Assembly (NCBI GenBank): GCA_031255005.1
Contig: JAIRTH010000019.1
Coordinates: forward strand, 1 to 54,685
Direction of reading: 5' to 3'
From: Puniceicoccales bacterium
GTDB taxonomy: Bacteria; Verrucomicrobiota; Verrucomicrobiia; Opitutales; LL51
DNA length: 54,685 bases
The notes beneath the pieces are model-generated. The model saw only the letters and a program-made list of their open reading frames with translations, ran no database searches and was not told where the DNA came from. Positions within the stretch are counted from its first letter, which is position 1. Every line of letters begins with the position of its first letter. The translations under genes and the position numbers were made by a program. This document shows positions 52,599-54,685 of the stretch, one piece after another.

Positions 52599-54449
52599 AT
52601 GGATGGATGTAATAAAAATAATAAGAAAATACTTGTGGGAGCTATTTTGTTAATGATTGCGAAAGCTTCAATATATGGTGAAGGTAGTGGCCCTAGTAAT
52701 GCTTTTGCGAATAGAATTAAGATGTTTAATGTCCAGAACAAAGAAAATGTTGGACCAAGCCCGAAAGCATTTGTGCGCAACAATCCAGCTGTATCTAGCT
52801 CTCTAAAGGAAAGGGCTAAGATGTTTGATAATGGGCATGAAATAAAAACGTTCAGAAGCAATCATGGTAGTGTTGTAAATAATAGGCCCATTAATACTCA
52901 GCCAAACCCTAGGCCGAATGTAACTCATTATAATACTGACAATAACAGGGCTCTCGTTGACGAAAGAAAAAAAATACTGAAAGAGAGAGCAGAAGATGTT
53001 ATTAGAAAAAGGGCTGAATTATTGAAAATAGATGAGAATGCGGAAAAACCAATATATAGAAATGACGAAAGAGCAAAAGAAAGCGTAGAAATTTACGCTC
53101 AGAATAAAGTTGAGGAAATGACCGAGGCGGAAAAAATAGCATTTCTAAAGGCGTTGGCAGAAGCGGCCGTTCCTAAAAGTCGTGAATTTAAAGATATAAG
53201 GGATAAAAAACTAGCAAAAGAAAAAAAGAGATATGAAAAAGAGGAAAAATACTTAATAAGTCAAGAGCCATCCATTTTCGCATTATTAGGTGAAAAGTTG
53301 AGTTATATTGGGAATTCGAAATTAAATGTTCCTGTCTATTTGGCTAATCTTACCGAAGCACAGAAATTGGAAAATTTCCCAAGGCCGACCATAAGTCCAA
53401 ATCAATACAGAAGTATTATACTCCAAGAAACCAATCTATTGAGCGCTGATGAGCAAAAGGCTCTGCGAAGAGATGTGGAATCCATTTTTTCGCTATCTTT
53501 GAGAATTGGAGAAAGCCTCAGAAAGATTGCACGCGATTTTCATGGGAAAAAAGCAAAGGTTTTTGAGTCCCAAAATCAGCCTCAGATGGAAAAAGTTTTT
53601 GATGAGCTATTTGAACAGATCGATGCAAAGGTTTTTGCGATCAGGTCCGAAGAGCTAGGGCCCTATATTTCCGGTGCAAAATTTGATCAGATAAAACTTC
53701 TTGTTCTAAGGCAACAGGAAGCTTATCTAAGATCCCAATACCAGGTCATGGAGTTTCTTGGATCTCAATTATCAGTGGATGATCAGGCTGTGCTTAGTGT
53801 ATTTAATGAACTATCCAGCTATAATAGAGGTAATATCCACTATACCGGTAGTTTAAGCGATTTGGTAGAACGTGAATTTGGCTATAGAGTATCTGAATGT
53901 CCAGATATTATGATAGACAAAAATTTTGTTATTAGCATAAATTCTATTGTAAATGCGACAAAAAACAAATCGATCAACGTGGCCAGAAGGATTGCTAAAC
54001 GGCGTACGGATTTGGCAGATGATTTAGCCTTTAGAGAATTGATAGAGAACCTTGGTTTTTGGGCCAATGCGACAAGAAATGTGAATAGAAAAATTATAAA
54101 TTTCTGTGAAAGAATATCTTTACCGTCGGTCGATAGCCAGTTGTTTGATCATCAACTTCATGGTCATTTCATAAAAATGATTGACAGATTTCCCTTCTTA
54201 GATCTGTTTGATATGTCACGTTACAGTGATGTGCATACCATGGCGAAAGGAACTCTAATGAGAATGACTAAAGAAGTTTTAAATGCCATTAAAACCTTTA
54301 ACCAATGTGAAGTTCCGTCCAATGAATGCAATAATTTCATCAATGGCCTAAAATCCCTCATAGAAGAAATTGTATTAATTCCTTTTGCATCCCGTAAATT
54401 GCAGGAAAAAATCGCTGATGTTAGGAATTTCTTAATTAATGGTGAATAG
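52599..54449 (+). CDS. orphan exported protein H (616 aa)
   Basis: AGGA Shine-Dalgarno 8 nt upstream. Signal-like KKILVGAILLMIAKASIYG; Pro/Asn-rich linker with a duplicated R(I/A)KMF(N/D) motif; Lys/Glu-rich helix; then a large helical domain. A hairpin terminator follows. Confidence 0.65.
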   Translation: MDGCNKNNKKILVGAILLMIAKASIYGEGSGPSNAFANRIKMFNVQNKENVGPSPKAFVRNNPAVSSSLKERAKMFDNGHEIKTFRSNHGSVVNNRPINTQPNPRPNVTHYNTDNNRALVDERKKILKERAEDVIRKRAELLKIDENAEKPIYRNDERAKESVEIYAQNKVEEMTEAEKIAFLKALAEAAVPKSREFKDIRDKKLAKEKKRYEKEEKYLISQEPSIFALLGEKLSYIGNSKLNVPVYLANLTEAQKLENFPRPTISPNQYRSIILQETNLLSADEQKALRRDVESIFSLSLRIGESLRKIARDFHGKKAKVFESQNQPQMEKVFDELFEQIDAKVFAIRSEELGPYISGAKFDQIKLLVLRQQEAYLRSQYQVMEFLGSQLSVDDQAVLSVFNELSSYNRGNIHYTGSLSDLVEREFGYRVSECPDIMIDKNFVISINSIVNATKNKSINVARRIAKRRTDLADDLAFRELIENLGFWANATRNVNRKIINFCERISLPSVDSQLFDHQLHGHFIKMIDRFPFLDLFDMSRYSDVHTMAKGTLMRMTKEVLNAIKTFNQCEVPSNECNNFINGLKSLIEEIVLIPFASRKLQEKIADVRNFLINGE

Positions 54450-54472
54450 TAGCAATTTTCATTGAAAAGATT

Positions 54473-54507
54473 AAAAACTCAGTTTTGTACGATGGCTGAG
54501 TTTTTTT
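54473..54507 (+). terminator. rho-independent terminator after ORF H
   Basis: AAAAACTCAG (54473-54482) pairs perfectly with CTGAGTTTTT (54496-54505) around a 13-nt loop, and the T-run continues to 54507. The A-tract/T-tract symmetry suggests bidirectional function. Confidence 0.55.
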
Positions 54508-54620
54508 ATTTGAAACAATTTGGCTATTTTAACGAAAAGGGCGTAAAATTCCCGTAAATCGTTCTGAAAAATAAATCTAGGGTTGTCAGGATGGAAGTCA
54601 TAGTTACTTAATAGAATACT

Positions 54621-54685
54621 ATGAGTACAAAAAATGTCCTATTGATGTCCCTATTGGGATTGACTAATGTTTATAATTGTTATGC
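54621..54685 (+). CDS. 5' end of a paralogue of orphan protein G (runs off the window)
   Basis: ATG at 54621 translates to MSTKNVLLMSLLGLTNVYNCY, 15/21 identical to the ORF G N-terminus MDAKNVLLISLLGLTNVCDCQ. It is not in the ORF track because no stop is reached. Confidence 0.45.
   Translation, partial: MSTKNVLLMSLLGLTNVYNCY

Noticed and set aside
36605-54685. Integrative mobile element or prophage at tRNA-Gly or tRNA-Ser
   Set aside because: I could find no integrase, transposase, phage structural gene, or duplicated tRNA 3' segment (att) inside the window. Only the geometry and composition are island-like, so I report it as a finding and not as a mobile_element feature.

Overview
54,685-bp window from a diderm bacterium (lptC/A/B, kdsC, a GT9 heptosyltransferase-like gene and bamA are present). 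The genome is compact: little non-coding DNA, many 1-4 nt start/stop overlaps, standard genetic code. Positions 1-36,604 hold ordinary housekeeping genes: pnp, gspF, the lpt cluster, murE, uvrD/pcrA, ribF, truB, nrnA, mutS, ruvC, acpS, tyrS, a GH13 debranching enzyme, dnaX, the membrane pyrophosphatase hppA, dnaB, bamA, prmC, and rpsP-trmD-rplS without rimM. From 36.7 kb to the window end the character changes. The DNA is visibly more AT-rich (hand spot counts about 25-32% GC versus about 40-55% in core genes). It carries blocks of genes I cannot assign to any family. Nearly all open with signal-peptide-like N-termini and contain coiled-coil or low-complexity sequence and in-frame tandem repeats. 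These blocks are interrupted only by tRNA-Gly(GCC), an ACT-domain gene, a Cys-rich beta-propeller gene, a phosphohexomutase and tRNA-Ser(GCT). The main candidate for something new is the five-gene co-directional array at 36,748-45,903. Its products share shuffled modules: near-identical signal peptides in two, an N-domain motif plus a central Gly/Ala-rich hydrophobic segment in three or four, and a C-terminal FGxxYC...LYxxP module in three, one of them a stand-alone copy. A second orphan family follows tRNA-Ser (51,466 to the window end). Three smaller oddities sit in the core: a tandem KdsC fusion with a catalytically dead N-terminal copy, a rhomboid lacking both catalytic residues, and trmD, whose conserved N-terminus lies upstream of any canonical start codon. 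I saw no CRISPR array, transposase, integrase or rRNA. The taxon cannot be fixed by eye. Every orphan call means only that I do not recognise the protein; no database search was done.
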